Assembly (NCBI GenBank): GCA_964016885.1
Contig: OZ024740.1
Location: forward strand, 440,820,001 to 440,884,000
DNA: 64,000 nt
Source: Eledone cirrhosa
Taxonomy: Eukaryota
Reading direction: 5' to 3'
Each line of letters begins with the position of its first letter. Position 1 is the stretch's first letter. Shown here piece after piece: positions 14,722 to 28,428 of this stretch. The notes under the pieces were generated by a model, which was not told where the DNA came from, searched no databases, and worked only from the letters and a program-made list of their open reading frames with translations. A program made the position numbers and the translations under genes.

Positions 14722-16049
14722 ATGTATGTGTGTGTGCGTGTATGTATATGTGAATGTGTGGATGTGTGTATGTGTGTGTGTGTATATATATATATGTATG
14801 TGTGTATATGTGGATGTGTGGATGTGTGTGTGTGTGTGTGTATATGTGGATGTGTGTGTGTGTGTGTATATATATAATATACAGTACAGTCTCACATGCT
14901 AAATATGGTGAGTTGGAAAATTTGAAGCAAATGAGAACTTCATGGAAATTTGAAGAGAAAAATTCCCTTTAGGAGTTTTGATGTATTGAAACAAGAACAC
15001 GAGGAGAGAACTCCGATAATATTAGTTGATCCAACATTTTTGGAATATTTTGAGACAGTGCAGTTGGGAGGGAATCTTATATTAATGCCTTGGAGAAAAC
15101 AACGGTCAAATTTCAGTTGTGTTAGATCTCTTTAGGGAGGTATATTCATTTAACAAGTTTAGCAAGATTTATGTCAAGTTGACCCTAATACAGAGAATAA
15201 TTAACATTTCTTCTAATAATCTAAAAATTAGATTAGATTATTAGATCAGTCTTCCTTTTTAATGCATATAAGTTATTTTATTTTACAAAACTATTTATAG
15301 AAAACAAAACACTTTTAAAGGGTGAAAGGGGGGAGAAATGCAAAGAAGAAAAAGAAAAAAGAATCAAGCAACGAAAGAAAGGCGGGGAAGGGGCAGACAC
15401 AATACTCCAGTCTCAGCCAGCCCCGCGGACATAATGACAAAGGTATTATCACGGAGAATGGTCACAGACACCAACTGCAACAGACACCTTATGTGGCTCC
15501 CTCCTCAAGCGGGCCACTCTCTTTCTTATAAGAGTTATTTAGTAAACTTTGATTAATATCTTCTAAAATATTTGAAGTTCACACATCCAACAAATTAAAC
15601 ACAGAAACATCATACAGTCACATTCTTTATTAGAACCTCATAAATCTATCATCCTTATACATAAAACTTAGCTGATTACCTCCTGTTTTATCTATGAAAT
15701 AAACTTTGCAGCTCGTTATGTCTCTTTAGAGATTCTTTGTTAGGATGGTGTAGTGTTCTAATTGTTATTTCATTATTATATTTATACATATCTTTATTAC
15801 CTTGTTAAAAATTAAAATATAACCCAGTGTCTGTTAATCCTGTGAATAGACGGCTGGAACTCCAGAGTAACGTCACACGTCAAGTAACCATAACAATATA
15901 TATATATATATAGTGGTGGAACACTGGAAAGTAATATCCGTAGTGGTAGTGTACTCAGTCCATGGGACGAGTTAGGTAGAAATGGTTACACAACAGTTAG
16001 TTCACCTTACCGAGAACAATATATATATACAATACAACAGGAGGATAAT

Positions 16050-16412
<363 letters not shown>

Positions 16413-16439
16413 TGTGTCTGTGTGTGTGTCTGTGTGTAT

Positions 16440-16665
16440 TGAAGTTTCCGTTGAAAATTGAAAAAGTCCGAGGAATAAAGAGTGCTCTATGTAAGTTACA
16501 GAGCTAAATATTTAATGTATAACAAACAATACAGTATAATTACCTCATTACCATGTTTTAAATTGCCTTGTCTGATGAACGAATGTGGCCGTTTCTTGTA
16601 TTCGTCTTATTCGGGAAAACTCTGGTAATGAGGTAATTATACTGTATTGTTTTTATACATTAAAT
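16440..16665. mobile_element. Short inverted element containing a degenerate hammerhead (16566-16633, +)
   Basis: Arms ~16510-16553 and 16623-16662; ccttgt-CTGATGA-acgaat...attcgg-GAAAa..GTA-atgagg. Confidence 0.65.
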
Positions 16666-16684
16666 ATATATATATATATATATA

Positions 16685-17463
16685 ACAATTTAAAAAATAT
16701 ATGATCAACACTACTGTGTTTTTTTGTGCAAAATGACAATAATTTTTTAGCCAGATAGAAATACCTTAATTCAAGTACATATAGTCCGTCTGTATCGATC
16801 TAGAGAATATTAAATATTAAATCTATACTTACAGACGTAAAATGGCAACTGCCTGGTGCCTAGACAAGTTTAAATTTCAAAATTCAAACCTTTTCAGCAG
16901 ATCGGGCGGAACTTCAAAACATAAACCTGTTTCACAAGGGATGGTATACTAATGAAATAATTAATTAATTACGGAACAACTATTTATAAAATAATTATTA
17001 GTAAAGCAATCAATTTTCTGTGATCTTCGGTAGACACCCAGAAATTAAAATCACTTCTCCTAAGATAATATCTTAAGACTGATCTGTCGCAAGCCTAATA
17101 CATGTGCTTTTGCACACGACCTTCTCAGCATTCTGGCTCATATCCATGGCGCTAGAAATAACAGCCGTGAATATGTGATTATGAATTCAGCTCAACCGGA
17201 GGAGCAGATTAATTTCAGTTTAGTAGTCAGTTACAAATATTAAGCTCTAAGAAAATACTTCTGAGCATTACATTACAATTTTAAAAAATATATGATTATA
17301 GATTTAAAAATATATACTTATAGATTTAATATTTAATATTCTCTAGATCGATACAGACGGACTATATGTACTTGAATTAAGGTATTTCTGTCTGGCTAAA
17401 AAATTATTGTCATTTTGCAAAAAAAAACACAGTAGTGTTGATCATATATTTTTTTAAATTGTA
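16685..17463. mobile_element. Non-coding element with ~145-bp inverted arms and internal direct repeat
   Basis: 16685-16826 is inverted to 17320-17463. acaattt(t)aaaaaatatatgat recurs at 16685 and ~17276. Flanked by (TA)n. Confidence 0.75.
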
Positions 17464-17533
17464 ATGTGTGTATATATATATACACACACACATATATATA
17501 TATATACACACACACACACAACCATCCGGTTAT

Positions 17534-17564
<31 letters not shown>

Positions 17565-17589
17565 GTTTGCGTGTGTGTGTGTGTGTGTG

Positions 17590-17947
17590 TAAAAGGTAAA
17601 CAAATAACAACACAATCGGTACAGTATATGGAAGGGATATATTAGGTTAACGCTTGATATAGCAGGAAGAGGGTCTTAACGTTTCGGACGCTAGTCCTTC
17701 GTCAGAAGAAAGAATGGGAAATAAGATATATTGAGGGGACGGGCGGGATGGAATTGGAAAACAAATGTCTTTAGATAAAAATAACAGGTCCATTCATGTT
17801 GACATCTCTTGCAAAACTGTTGGTGCTGGCGTTTTGTGTACGGTTTACTTTTTAGACAAGTGGATGATGGAGCACGTCTACCTGAAATAGAAAAAAAGAA
17901 AAAAAAACTGTTTTGTAAAGAGAGCTATACTTGAAAACGTGCGTAAG

Positions 17948-18004
<57 letters not shown>

Positions 18005-18330
18005 ATACGTCCGTACGAATCTAAGAAGAAATGTGTGTGTATATGTGAGCAAAAGAGTGTGTGTGCATGTAAGTACGAAGCTATGAGCAAAAGTATGTTA
18101 ATATAAGGGTCTGTATGTGTGTATACAGAGCAGTGAAGGGAAAAGTGGAGTGAGCATAAATAGTCGGCCTGTATTAGTTGTAAGAAAAGATGATAAAGAG
18201 AAAGCGATAGGAATCTAGGGGGTGATAATGGAGAAATTGGGGAGGTGAGTTGAGTTCAAGAGGGTAATAGGACCCAAGGCGGTGAATCAGACTTTTTTCA
18301 GTACTGGTGCACGAGGCCTGTGATCCATGA
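17590..18330 (-). mobile_element. PLE 3' fragment: GIY-YIG end + UTR + hammerhead
   Basis: Minus-strand translation [17 protein letters not shown]; homologous to 61743-62030 (+). Confidence 0.8.
17674..17709 (-). ncRNA. Minimal hammerhead ribozyme
   Basis: tctt-CTGACGA-aggac tagc gtcc-GAAACGTT-aaga. Confidence 0.75.
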
Positions 18331-18336
18331 TGTATA

Positions 18337-18423
<87 letters not shown>

Positions 18424-18936
18424 AATTAGTATATCTACCAACATATATATACAGATGCATACCTATGCTAGCAAATATATAGGTTTTGTCTTAGTAACTT
18501 TGTGGTTTAATGCAAGGGGATGCAGAACAATTATATGAAAGACGTAAAATAAGAAAATTATAAAAATTAACTTACTTACTATGGTTCGTAGTAATAGTCA
18601 GGCTCCTGTCTTATTACACCCCAATCCTCACTGATTAACCTCAATGTCACGTGATTGATTCTTTTGAATTTGCCACCGACCAAGTAGGCAGTGATTTTTT
18701 CAATGTCCTGGAATTTAGTCCTCGCTCGCTTTTTTCCATCCTCTGAATTATTTTTGTATAAGTTCCCTGTGTCCACGCATTGCCTGGGAACTTAGCTGAG
18801 AATAGACTTCCTGATGGCGATTGGATTTTCTCCGTGCTTCCAATCCGAAACCATGTTTATTCCGGTTCAGAAACTAATTAGTTGGAGTGAAATTTTAGTA
18901 AGTTAATTTTTATAATTTTCTTATTTTATGTCTTTC

Positions 18937-18995
<59 letters not shown>

Positions 18996-19019
18996 TGTGT
19001 GTGTGTGTGTGTGGGCGTG

Positions 19020-19175
19020 TGTCTGATCGTAGCTAACATGCTTCCATAGGCGGTATGCCGGTTGAGCACTCTATGCTCTTACAGAGCAGAGTATGTTAGA
19101 ATAGAAAACGAAAAATCAGTGATGCATCTAAACTCATTTTATTGTTTTATTGTGTGTTACAATTGTTTCCCCGGC
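19020..19175 (-). mobile_element. Family B 3' end/tail copy
   Basis: Reverse complement of 5010-5157. Confidence 0.85.
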
Positions 19176-19212
19176 AGGGTCATACTTGTTCCTATATATA
19201 TATATATATATA

Positions 19213-19756
19213 TATTTAAATTATTTTTTAATTTATTTAAAGGATTGTTTAATGTTAGTTTGTTCTGCTCATCAATTTTTATAGTTCTGGTATCTCGAAT
19301 TAGTACCATAGAACAACAATTATATTGTAGACACCCTATATATCTCAGTGTGTACTTAGTGCTCAATGAGATATTTACCTCATTTTTATATATTCTCCAA
19401 TCTATGTAGAGAAAAAATTCGTTGTTGCTTACTGCTATTTTTTTAGCAGCCAAGCCATCAACAAGTCTATAATATTCCCGCTTGCTCTAGTGGCCAGGTC
19501 ACGTACGGGTCACTTTAACGGCTATAGCCCATACGTGCTGGTAGTTAGCATTATATTTGCTGACCGTGGGACAAATGTCCTATAGAATGGAAATAGCTAT
19601 CTGAAGAAATCTACTTTCCGTTGGAAATTTTCCGAATTTCCAATCTTTTGTGGATGGAAACCGCCGGTAATAGCATTATTAATAGGTAGATATTTAAATT
19701 ATTTTTTAATTTATTTAAAGGATTGTTTAATGTTTGTTTGTTCTGCTCATCAATTT
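19213..19756 (+). mobile_element. Retrozyme-like non-coding unit (~478 bp) with ~65-bp terminal direct repeat, in (TA)n
   Basis: atttaaattatttttt...ctgctcatcaattt at both ends; no ORF; contains a hammerhead. Confidence 0.75.
19596..19674 (+). ncRNA. Type I hammerhead ribozyme
   Basis: gctat-CTGAAGA-aatctac..ttggaaatt/aatttccaa..gtggatg-GAAAC-cgccg-GTA-atagc. Confidence 0.8.
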
Positions 19757-19793
19757 ATATATATATATATATATATATATAGGAACAAGTAAG

Positions 19794-19887
19794 ACCCCGA
19801 CGGCTGAGCTCAAGCCGTTTCGACGGCTAATTCTGGACTGAATGAAAATTTATTCTGGTATTTAAATAGCCGAGCTTATCAAGGGGT
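19794..19887 (-). ncRNA. Hammerhead ribozyme, U3-A8 variant
   Basis: acccc-TTGATAA-gctcggcta...tagccgtc-GAAA-cggct tgagctc agccg-TC-ggggt. Confidence 0.8.
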
Positions 19888-20278
19888 AATTCCATATATG
19901 GTCAAAGAGATAATCACCAGGATTGGTCACATCACAAGTTAGTAGTAAATCTGTGATGGCAAATTGGTGGGGGAAAGGGTAGCTAAACCTGCCGGTAGGA
20001 GAAAAAGGGAGAGAGGGTGGAGTAGACCCATTCATGCGTTGGTAGTGCCGGCTACAGCTGGGCGTGAGGTCAAAGAGGATACTGGGGAGGGGGAGGAAGT
20101 CGAAACGGTAAGTAGAACAATGAAGGGTAAAACTATAAACAGTACTGAGAGAGAAAAAAAAAAAAAAAAAAAAAGCAAAGTCTGGTTACTAAGACTTAAG
20201 TCTCTCGCTATTGCTAGGCTAAAGAAATACATAAATAAATAAATAAACAAATAAGTGAATAAAAGAATAGATAAATAA

Positions 20279-20310
<32 letters not shown>

Positions 20311-21124
20311 ATGAAGAATAAAAAAGTAAATAATAATAATAAAAATAAACTAGGTGGGACGGAAATAAAGAGACCCTTATACGAGGTATAAGTGCATGTA
20401 TCGTACGGTGACGGGTCAACAAAGGAGGGGGGGGGGGGCAAAATACTAAAGAGACTACCACGAAATAATAAAGGTTTCTACCCCAATCACTGGGCCAGCA
20501 ACCACCCTGTGCAAGAAAGTAAACTAGTACGAGTATATAATTCAGGGTCCCGCAAAAAAATACTAGTGCTAACTCTAAGGGTACCGCCACGAAACAAAAA
20601 GTCTTATACAAGCTACATGAAAGATCGCACGAAGTAAAAGTAAAGAACGGAAAATTAATACAGAAACCCCCCCCCCCCCCCCACACACACACACACACCC
20701 CACCCCAAAAAGGGAAAAAGAAGAAAGAAATTTTTTTTTTAATTATATATCTATTCTTTTATTCACTTATTTGTTTATTTATTTATTTATGTATTTCTTT
20801 AGCCTAGCAATAGCGAGAGACTTATTCTTAGTAACCAGACTTTGCTTATTTTTTTTTTCTCTCTCAGTACTTTTTATAGTTTTACCCTCATTGTTCTACT
20901 TACCGTTTCGACTTCCTCACCCTCCCCAGTATCCTCTTTGACCTCACGCCCAGCTGTAGCCGGCACTACCAACGCATGAATGGGTCTACTCCACCCTCTC
21001 TCCCTTTTTTCTCCTACCTGCAGGTTTAGCTACGCCTTCCCCCACCAATTTGCTATCACAGATTTACTACTAACTTGTGATGTGACCAATCCTGGTGATT
21101 ATCTCTTTGACCATATATGGAATT

Positions 21125-21218
21125 ACCCCTTGATAAGCTCGGCTATTTAAATACCAGAATAAATTTTCATTCAGTCCAGAATTAGCCGTCGAAACGGCTT
21201 GAGCTCAGCCGTCGGCGT
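21125..21218 (+). ncRNA. Hammerhead ribozyme, U3-A8 variant (one stem I mismatch)
   Basis: Mirror copy of 19794-19887. Confidence 0.75.
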
Positions 21219-21385
21219 CTTACTTGTTCCTATTACCCACTCTACTACCCTAAGTATTGAGTACTTTGGTGCGTTATGGTCCACCTGGTTCCTTACCACA
21301 CTTCCTTCGTTATATATATATATATAGAGAGAGAGAATAAGGAAAAGCGAAGTAGTTTCAGATGTTCAAATCCTTTAATAATAAT

Positions 21386-21459
21386 GCTGTGATATATATT
21401 TCAGTGACGACACTGGCCACACTGTTTTGTGTGCGAGTGTCGTGTCATCATCAGACAGC
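21386..21459 (-). ncRNA. Type I hammerhead ribozyme
   Basis: gctgt-CTGATGA-tgacacgacact...agtgtcgtcact-GAAAT-atat-ATC-acagc. Confidence 0.8.
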
Positions 21460-21466
21460 TTGTTAC

Positions 21467-21546
<80 letters not shown>

Positions 21547-21551
<5 letters not shown>

Positions 21552-21779
21552 TACAGAATAATCAAAACTATGTTCAAAACATTTTATTGCTGACAATCGT
21601 TTCTTCCAAACTTTCTTCCAACACTAATATCTACGTATCTTTACAATTGTTCTGTGGAATAGGAGTTTAATTATGTCTAGACTTTGCTAGTGCTCCGATG
21701 ATTTCAAACGAAAGTTTGGAAGAAACGATTGTCAGCAATGAAATGTTTTGAACATAGTTTTGATTATTCTGTAATTTAT
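21547..21779. mobile_element. Short inverted element with hammerhead (21691-21737, +)
   Basis: Arms 21547-21614 and 21710-21779; tgct-CCGATGA-tttcaaac gaaa gtttggaa-GAAAC-gatt-GTC-agca. Confidence 0.78.
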
Positions 21780-21788
21780 ATATATATA

Positions 21789-21857
<69 letters not shown>

Positions 21858-22214
21858 TATATATATATAGTGTGTATATATAGTATATATATAGTGTATA
21901 TATAGTGTATATATAGTGTATATATATATATACTGCTAAATTCATATGTATCCATGTGCAAGGCCAATGTTTTAGTAGATATAACTGTTTATGTACTAAA
22001 CCATTTTGTGGAATTTTAATGTTGATTTAATGTAAATATCAGCCGTCGTTTGGCTTCTCTCTGCCATGTAATGATGTTATTGATCATTCTTTGTCATTTA
22101 ATTTAATTGCTTATGTAAATTGAAAGCCTTACAATAGTCATTTACTTCGCCGCATTTATTGCTCTTAATGACGTCTTTTTTATGTTTCTTTTGTACACGC
22201 TTTCCATATATGTA

Positions 22215-22289
<75 letters not shown>

Positions 22290-22799
22290 GTATATGTATG
22301 TATATCTATATGTATATATGTGCGCGTATATCTATATGTATATATGTGCGCGTGTATACATGTGTGTATATATATATATATTATTTTGGTTTTATTCCTC
22401 GTCAATGACAGATGAAAGAGATAAGCCGATCTAAGCAGTTTAAAAGCAATTTCATTCTTCTACAAATCTTTTTATTGTTTTTCTTAATTTTTTACACGTT
22501 CTTCATTTTCCTAATTGTTGTTGTTATTGTTATTGTTGTTGTTATTGTTATTGTTGTTCTTGTTCTTGTTGTTGTTATTGTTATTGTTGTTGTTGTTATT
22601 GTTGCTGTTATTGTTGTTGTTATTTGTGAAATTTTATGTTCATCTCTCAAATGATTAAATCACCAAGTAAATTATCTCCCCTGCCGCCCCCTAGCGACAG
22701 GGTTTCCTCTTGTTGAACCTTATTTTCTTTCTTTCTTTCTTCTTCATCACCAATCTCTCACAAATATCTCCCACTATATTTACTTTCCTACCAATGTGA

Positions 22800-23172
22800 C
22801 TTACACCTCCCCTCTGTTACCCTCCACCTCCACCTCCCTACTCCTCCACCACCTTACTCCACCCTCCACCACCTTACTCCACCCTACACCTCCACCACCC
22901 TACTCCACCTACACCGCCACCACCCTATTCCACCCTACACCTCCACCACCCTACTCCAGCTTCGACCTCTACCACCCTACACCCTACACCTCCACCACAC
23001 TACTCCACCCTACACCTCCACCACCCTTACTCCACCCTACAACTCCACCACCCTACTCCACCCTCGACCTACAACACCCTAGACCCTACACCACCCACAT
23101 CCCCCACCCTACACAATTCTTCCTCATACCCCAGTCCTCAATTTTTAATTTGTTTTAAAAATTTTATATTTC

Positions 23173-23219
<47 letters not shown>

Positions 23220-23227
23220 TTGGTGGA

Positions 23228-23264
<37 letters not shown>

Positions 23265-23265
23265 A

Positions 23266-23297
<32 letters not shown>

Positions 23298-23305
23298 TTG
23301 GTGGA

Positions 23306-23342
<37 letters not shown>

Positions 23343-23343
23343 A

Positions 23344-23403
<60 letters not shown>

Positions 23404-23455
23404 TGGTAGTAGTGGTGGTAGTGGTAGTAGTAGTAGTAGTGGTAGTAGTAGTGGC

Positions 23456-23502
<47 letters not shown>

Positions 23503-23600
23503 TGGTAGTAGTAGTAGTAGTGGTGGTAGTGGTAGTAGTGGTGGTAGTGGTAGTGGTAGTAGTAGTAGTAGTGGTGGTAGTGGTAGTAGTGGTAGGGTGA
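22800..23600. repeat. C-rich (ccaccctactcc-like) and (TAG/TGG)n low-complexity tracts
   Basis: Direct inspection. Confidence 0.92.
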
Positions 23601-23879
23601 TTAAGATCATGAGGATATTTTTCAATTATCAGAGTTCAATTATCGATTATTTTTACCAGTGGTAAAAAATTAGAAAAGGTCACAAAAAACTGACCTTCTG
23701 GGGTGGAGGGTGAGACAGAATGGGGGGTAGGGGAAGGAGGGACATGGGGAGACAGGAGGGGGAGACGGGGGAGACAGGAGGGGGGAAACAGGGGGGAGAC
23801 AGGGGGAGACAGGATGGAGAGACAGCAAAGTGTGACTGGGGAGATGTTCCGTAATAATATAGAGGGGGGGGGGGTCATA

Positions 23880-26110
23880 TATAGAGATATACACACACAA
23901 AGATACACACACAGATACACACACTGTCATATATACACAGAGATACACACACACAGAGATACACACACACAGATACACACACTGTCATATATACACAGAG
24001 ATACACACACACAGAGATACACACACACAGATACACACACTGTCATATATACACAGAGATACACACACAGAGATACACACACACAGAGACACACACTGTC
24101 ATATATACACAGAGATATACACACACAGAGATACACACAGAGATACACACACACACAGACATACACACACACAGAGATACACACACTGTCATATATACAC
24201 AGAGATACACACACGGTTACACACACTGTCATATATACACAGAGATATACACACACTGTCATATATACACAGAGATATACACACACTGTCATATATACAC
24301 AGAGATATACACACACAGACATACACACACACAGAGATACACACACTGTCATATATACACAGATATACACACACACAGAGATACACACACAGTCATATAT
24401 ACACAGAGATACACACACACACAGATACACACACACAGATATACACACACACAGAGATACACACACTATCATATATACACAGAGATACACACACAGACAT
24501 ACACACACACAGAGATACACACACACAGAGATACACACACAGTTACACTCACTGTCATATATACACAGAGATATACACACACACAGATACACACACTGTC
24601 ATATATACACAGAGATACACACACACAGAGATACACACACAGAGATACACACACTGTCATATATACACAGAGATACACACACAGAGATACACACACATAC
24701 AGATACACACACACAGATACACACACTGTCATATATACACAGAGATACACACACACAGACATACACACACACACAGATACACACACTGTCATATATACAC
24801 AGAGATACACACACGGTTACACACACACAGAGATACACACACACAGATACACACACTGTCATATATACACAGAGATATACACACACAGAGATACATACAC
24901 ACACAGATACACACACTGTTATATATACACAGAGATACACACACTGTCATATATACACAGAGATACACACACTGTCATATATACACAGAGATACACACAC
25001 TGTCATATATACACAGAGATACACACACTGTCATATATACACAGAGATACACACACTGTCATATATACACAGAGATACACACACTGTCATATATACACAG
25101 AGATACACACACTGTCATATATACACAGAGATATACACACACTGTCATATATACACAGAGATATACACACACAGACATACACACACACAGAGATACACAC
25201 ACTGTCATATATACACAGAGATACACACACAGACATACACACACACAGAGATACACACACACACACAGAGATACACACACAGTTACACACACTGTCATAT
25301 ATACACAGAGATATACACACACACAGATACACACACTGTCATATATACACAGAGATACACACACTGTCATATATACACAAAGATACACACACTGTCATAT
25401 ATACACAGAGATACACACACACACAGATACACACACTGTCATATATACACAGAGATATACATACACAGATACACACACTGTCATATATACACAGAGATAC
25501 ACACACAGAGATACACACACAGTCATATATACACAGAGATACACACACAGTCATATATACACAGAGATACACACACTGTCATATATACACAGAGATACAC
25601 ACACTGTCATATATACACAGAGATACACACACTGTCATATATACACAGAGATACACACACTGTCATATATACACAGAGATACACACACAGTTATATATAC
25701 ACAGAGATACACACACTGTCATATATACACAGAGATACACGCACTGTCATATATACACAGAGATACACACACTGTCATATATACACAGAGATACACACAC
25801 TGTCATATATACACAGAGATACACACACTGTCATATATACACAGATATACACACACACAGAGATACACACACAGTCATATATACACAAAGATACACAGGG
25901 ATACACACAGAGATACACACACAGATACACACAGATACACACACAGATACACACACAGATATACTCACACAGATATACACACACAGAGATGCACACACAC
26001 AGAGATACACACACAGATACACACACACAGAGATACACACACAGAGATACACACGCTAATACACACACACACACACACACAGATACACACAGAGATACAC
26101 ACACACAATT
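23880..26110. repeat. Compound CA-rich minisatellite, core 28-mer
   Basis: ctgtcatatatacacagagatacacaca, period 28, with variable agat(ac)n subunits. Confidence 0.95.
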
Positions 26111-26251
26111 ACATACACACACACACACAACTACACACTCACGTTGCTATATAACTTACACACACACAACAACTGTCTCACTTAAACACTCACAGTCTTA
26201 CTCATCACATGAATACATACATAATAAGTATTTTCACGATCACAGCAAATA

Positions 26252-26437
26252 CGAGGGTTAGCCGAAAAACTCATAGGCTGACTATGAAGGAGTGATGCTA
26301 GAGCTGTGAAATCTTGCATGTCATTAATTTCAACTCTTCCTATTAATAACTCTATATTTTTTCTTTTCAGAGACTATGTTGAAGAATAAACCTCATTTGG
26401 TCATTCCATGAGAGTATCTTGGTCAGCCTATAAACTC
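26252..26437. mobile_element. Truncated Tc1/mariner-type MITE
   Basis: Homologous to 26725-26922; right TIR incomplete. Confidence 0.75.
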
Positions 26438-26634
26438 TGTTGGTGTATGTGTGGCGGGGTGTAGAAGGGTGGTATGGGTGGTGTGGGTGTATGTGTGGCG
26501 GGGTGTGTGGGTGATGGTGGGTGTGGGTGTATGTGCGGTGGGGTGTAGGTGGAGGTGTGGGTGTGCGGAGGGGGGGGGGATATATGTGGGTGTGTATGTG
26601 TGTATGTGTGTGGGTGGGTGTATATATGCGTGTG

Positions 26635-26700
<66 letters not shown>

Positions 26701-26724
26701 TGTGTGTGTGTTTGTGTGTGTGTA

Positions 26725-26922
26725 CGAGAGTAGGCTGAAAGGTTCATAGGCTGACTATGAAGGATTGATGCTAGAGCTGTGAAATCTTGCATGTGTTAAT
26801 TTCAATTCAGTTTATTAAAAACTGCACTGTTTTTATCCAGGGACTATGTTGAAAAATAAAACTCGTTTGGTTATTCCATGAGAGTATCTTGGTCAGCCTA
26901 TGAATTATTCAGCCGACCCTCG
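26725..26922. mobile_element. Tc1/mariner-type MITE (198 bp)
   Basis: TA-cgagagtaggctgaaaggttcataggctgac ... gtcagcctatgaattattcagccgaccctcg-TA: ~30-bp TIRs and TA TSD. Confidence 0.85.
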
Positions 26923-27099
26923 TATAGTAGCACTATAAATATACAAACACCCTTGAATGCTCATACACACTCACACATAAACGGAAGCATCACAGATGTC
27001 TCTATGCAATACAAGACTAAGAAATCCCTACCTAATATCTGCTACACAATAGAGGCGGGCCATCAGTCGACAATAAATGTAGGCTTTGTAAAACAAAAC

Positions 27100-27550
27100 A
27101 TCTAAGATGTTAGCCACATTGTTGCCAACTGCGAAAGAATGTCGTCTCACTACTACCTCCATATGGCTACAGTCTGGCTGGATTACAGGAAAGCTTTTGA
27201 TTCTATTCCTCACTCTTGGATGATAGAGCCCCTCCGACTTGCTAAAGTCCCAGACATTATTATCAGAGCCATAGAGAAGCTGTCTTCTTCTTGGGTTACC
27301 ATCCTAAAGTTATAAACAGAGAAGGAGGACTCTATTTTCACTGATAAGATAGAATATCGTAGGGGTATATTTCAATGAGACAGTCTCTCTGTGATATCCA
27401 AACATACACATCCACTTATACAAACACATCCATTTCTGCACACACATGCATGCAGACATGCAGACATATCTATCAAGTTGATGTGTAAATTCCAATGAGA
27501 GAGCCTTGTATCTATGTTAGAAACCGACTCTCTCTCCTTCCCTCTCTCTC

Positions 27551-27590
<40 letters not shown>

Positions 27591-27633
27591 GGCAAAAATG
27601 GATAAAATTATAAAACCAGAAGAACTTACATAC
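27100..27633 (+). pseudogene. Mosaic relic of the two R4/Dong-like LINE families
   Basis: 27100-27160 matches 35600-35661; 27161-27396 matches 32305-32540; 27400-27633 matches the 3' UTR 34250-34445. Confidence 0.8.
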
Positions 27634-27806
27634 ATGAAGGTCGTGTGGTCCATACAAAGCTTGACCACTTCTTGCACTTTATGTCACTCCCTTCTTGGCA
27701 TGAGATCTCAAATGGCGTTTGAGTCCTGAACGCCTCTGAAACACCCGTCCAAAAATAATATGTCTCATTTCGTTCTTGTCTCCAATTTGGATTTGTTAAT
27801 TATATA

Positions 27807-28392
27807 CTAGCAGTGGTACTCGGCGTTGCATGGGATAAAGTATTGTGAAATATATAACCGCCCTAGCTAAGCTTAGTATTGCCACAACCACGGCTGGCGA
27901 AGAAGTAAGGGTCTGGTGGTACGTAAGTAAGCAACACTGTGGCTTAAAACGTGAGGGAGAAGTTGTGTGCACTTACCAACTGTTTGGGGAATGAGTGTGA
28001 GATTTGTCTTGAGCAAGGGTGGCGGAATAACCGGAGGCAGCAGACGGCCAGACATACCGACAGATATTATAAGGGCGTGTTCTGGATGCAGAGAGAATTG
28101 TAGGAAGTGACGTAATGCAGACAGCCAAATATACAGACAGATATTATAAGGGCGCGACGTTATATGTATGTATCTATCTAAAAAGAGAAAGACTAAGAAT
28201 TATAGAGTGAGGTCGCTAAATCGCCTAATGCGGTCCCTAGGGCATTAAAAATTCGAAATTGTTTTTGCTCAGAACACTCCCTGAAACATAAGTATTACAT
28301 TTGTAAAGTTTGAAAACAGTCGGTTGGGTGGTTCTCTAGTTTTAGGGATTCAAACGCACACAGACAGACATCCTCAGTTTTATATATATAGA
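27807..28392 (-). mobile_element. Non-autonomous Helitron-like element
   Basis: On the minus strand: 5' TCtatatatataaaa..gtctgtctgt, and 3' cccatgcaacgccgag..ctgCTAG. Confidence 0.7.
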
Positions 28393-28428
28393 CTAACAGA
28401 AAACCACACGCGGGCGGTTTTCTGCTAG

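Larger units (their letters stand above)
19781..21310 (+). mobile_element. PLE family A palindromic insertion (non-coding 3' part)
   Basis: 19781-~20300 is inverted to ~20730-21231; tail 21232-21310; (TA)n on both sides; homologous to 56361-60439. Confidence 0.9.

Noticed and set aside
18806-18860. Hammerhead-like CTGATGG..gattgga/tccaatc..GAAAC
   Set aside because: Core mutated and no convincing stem I
23703-26261. 852-aa His/Thr-rich ORF
   Set aside because: Translation of a CA-rich minisatellite that lacks stop codons by composition
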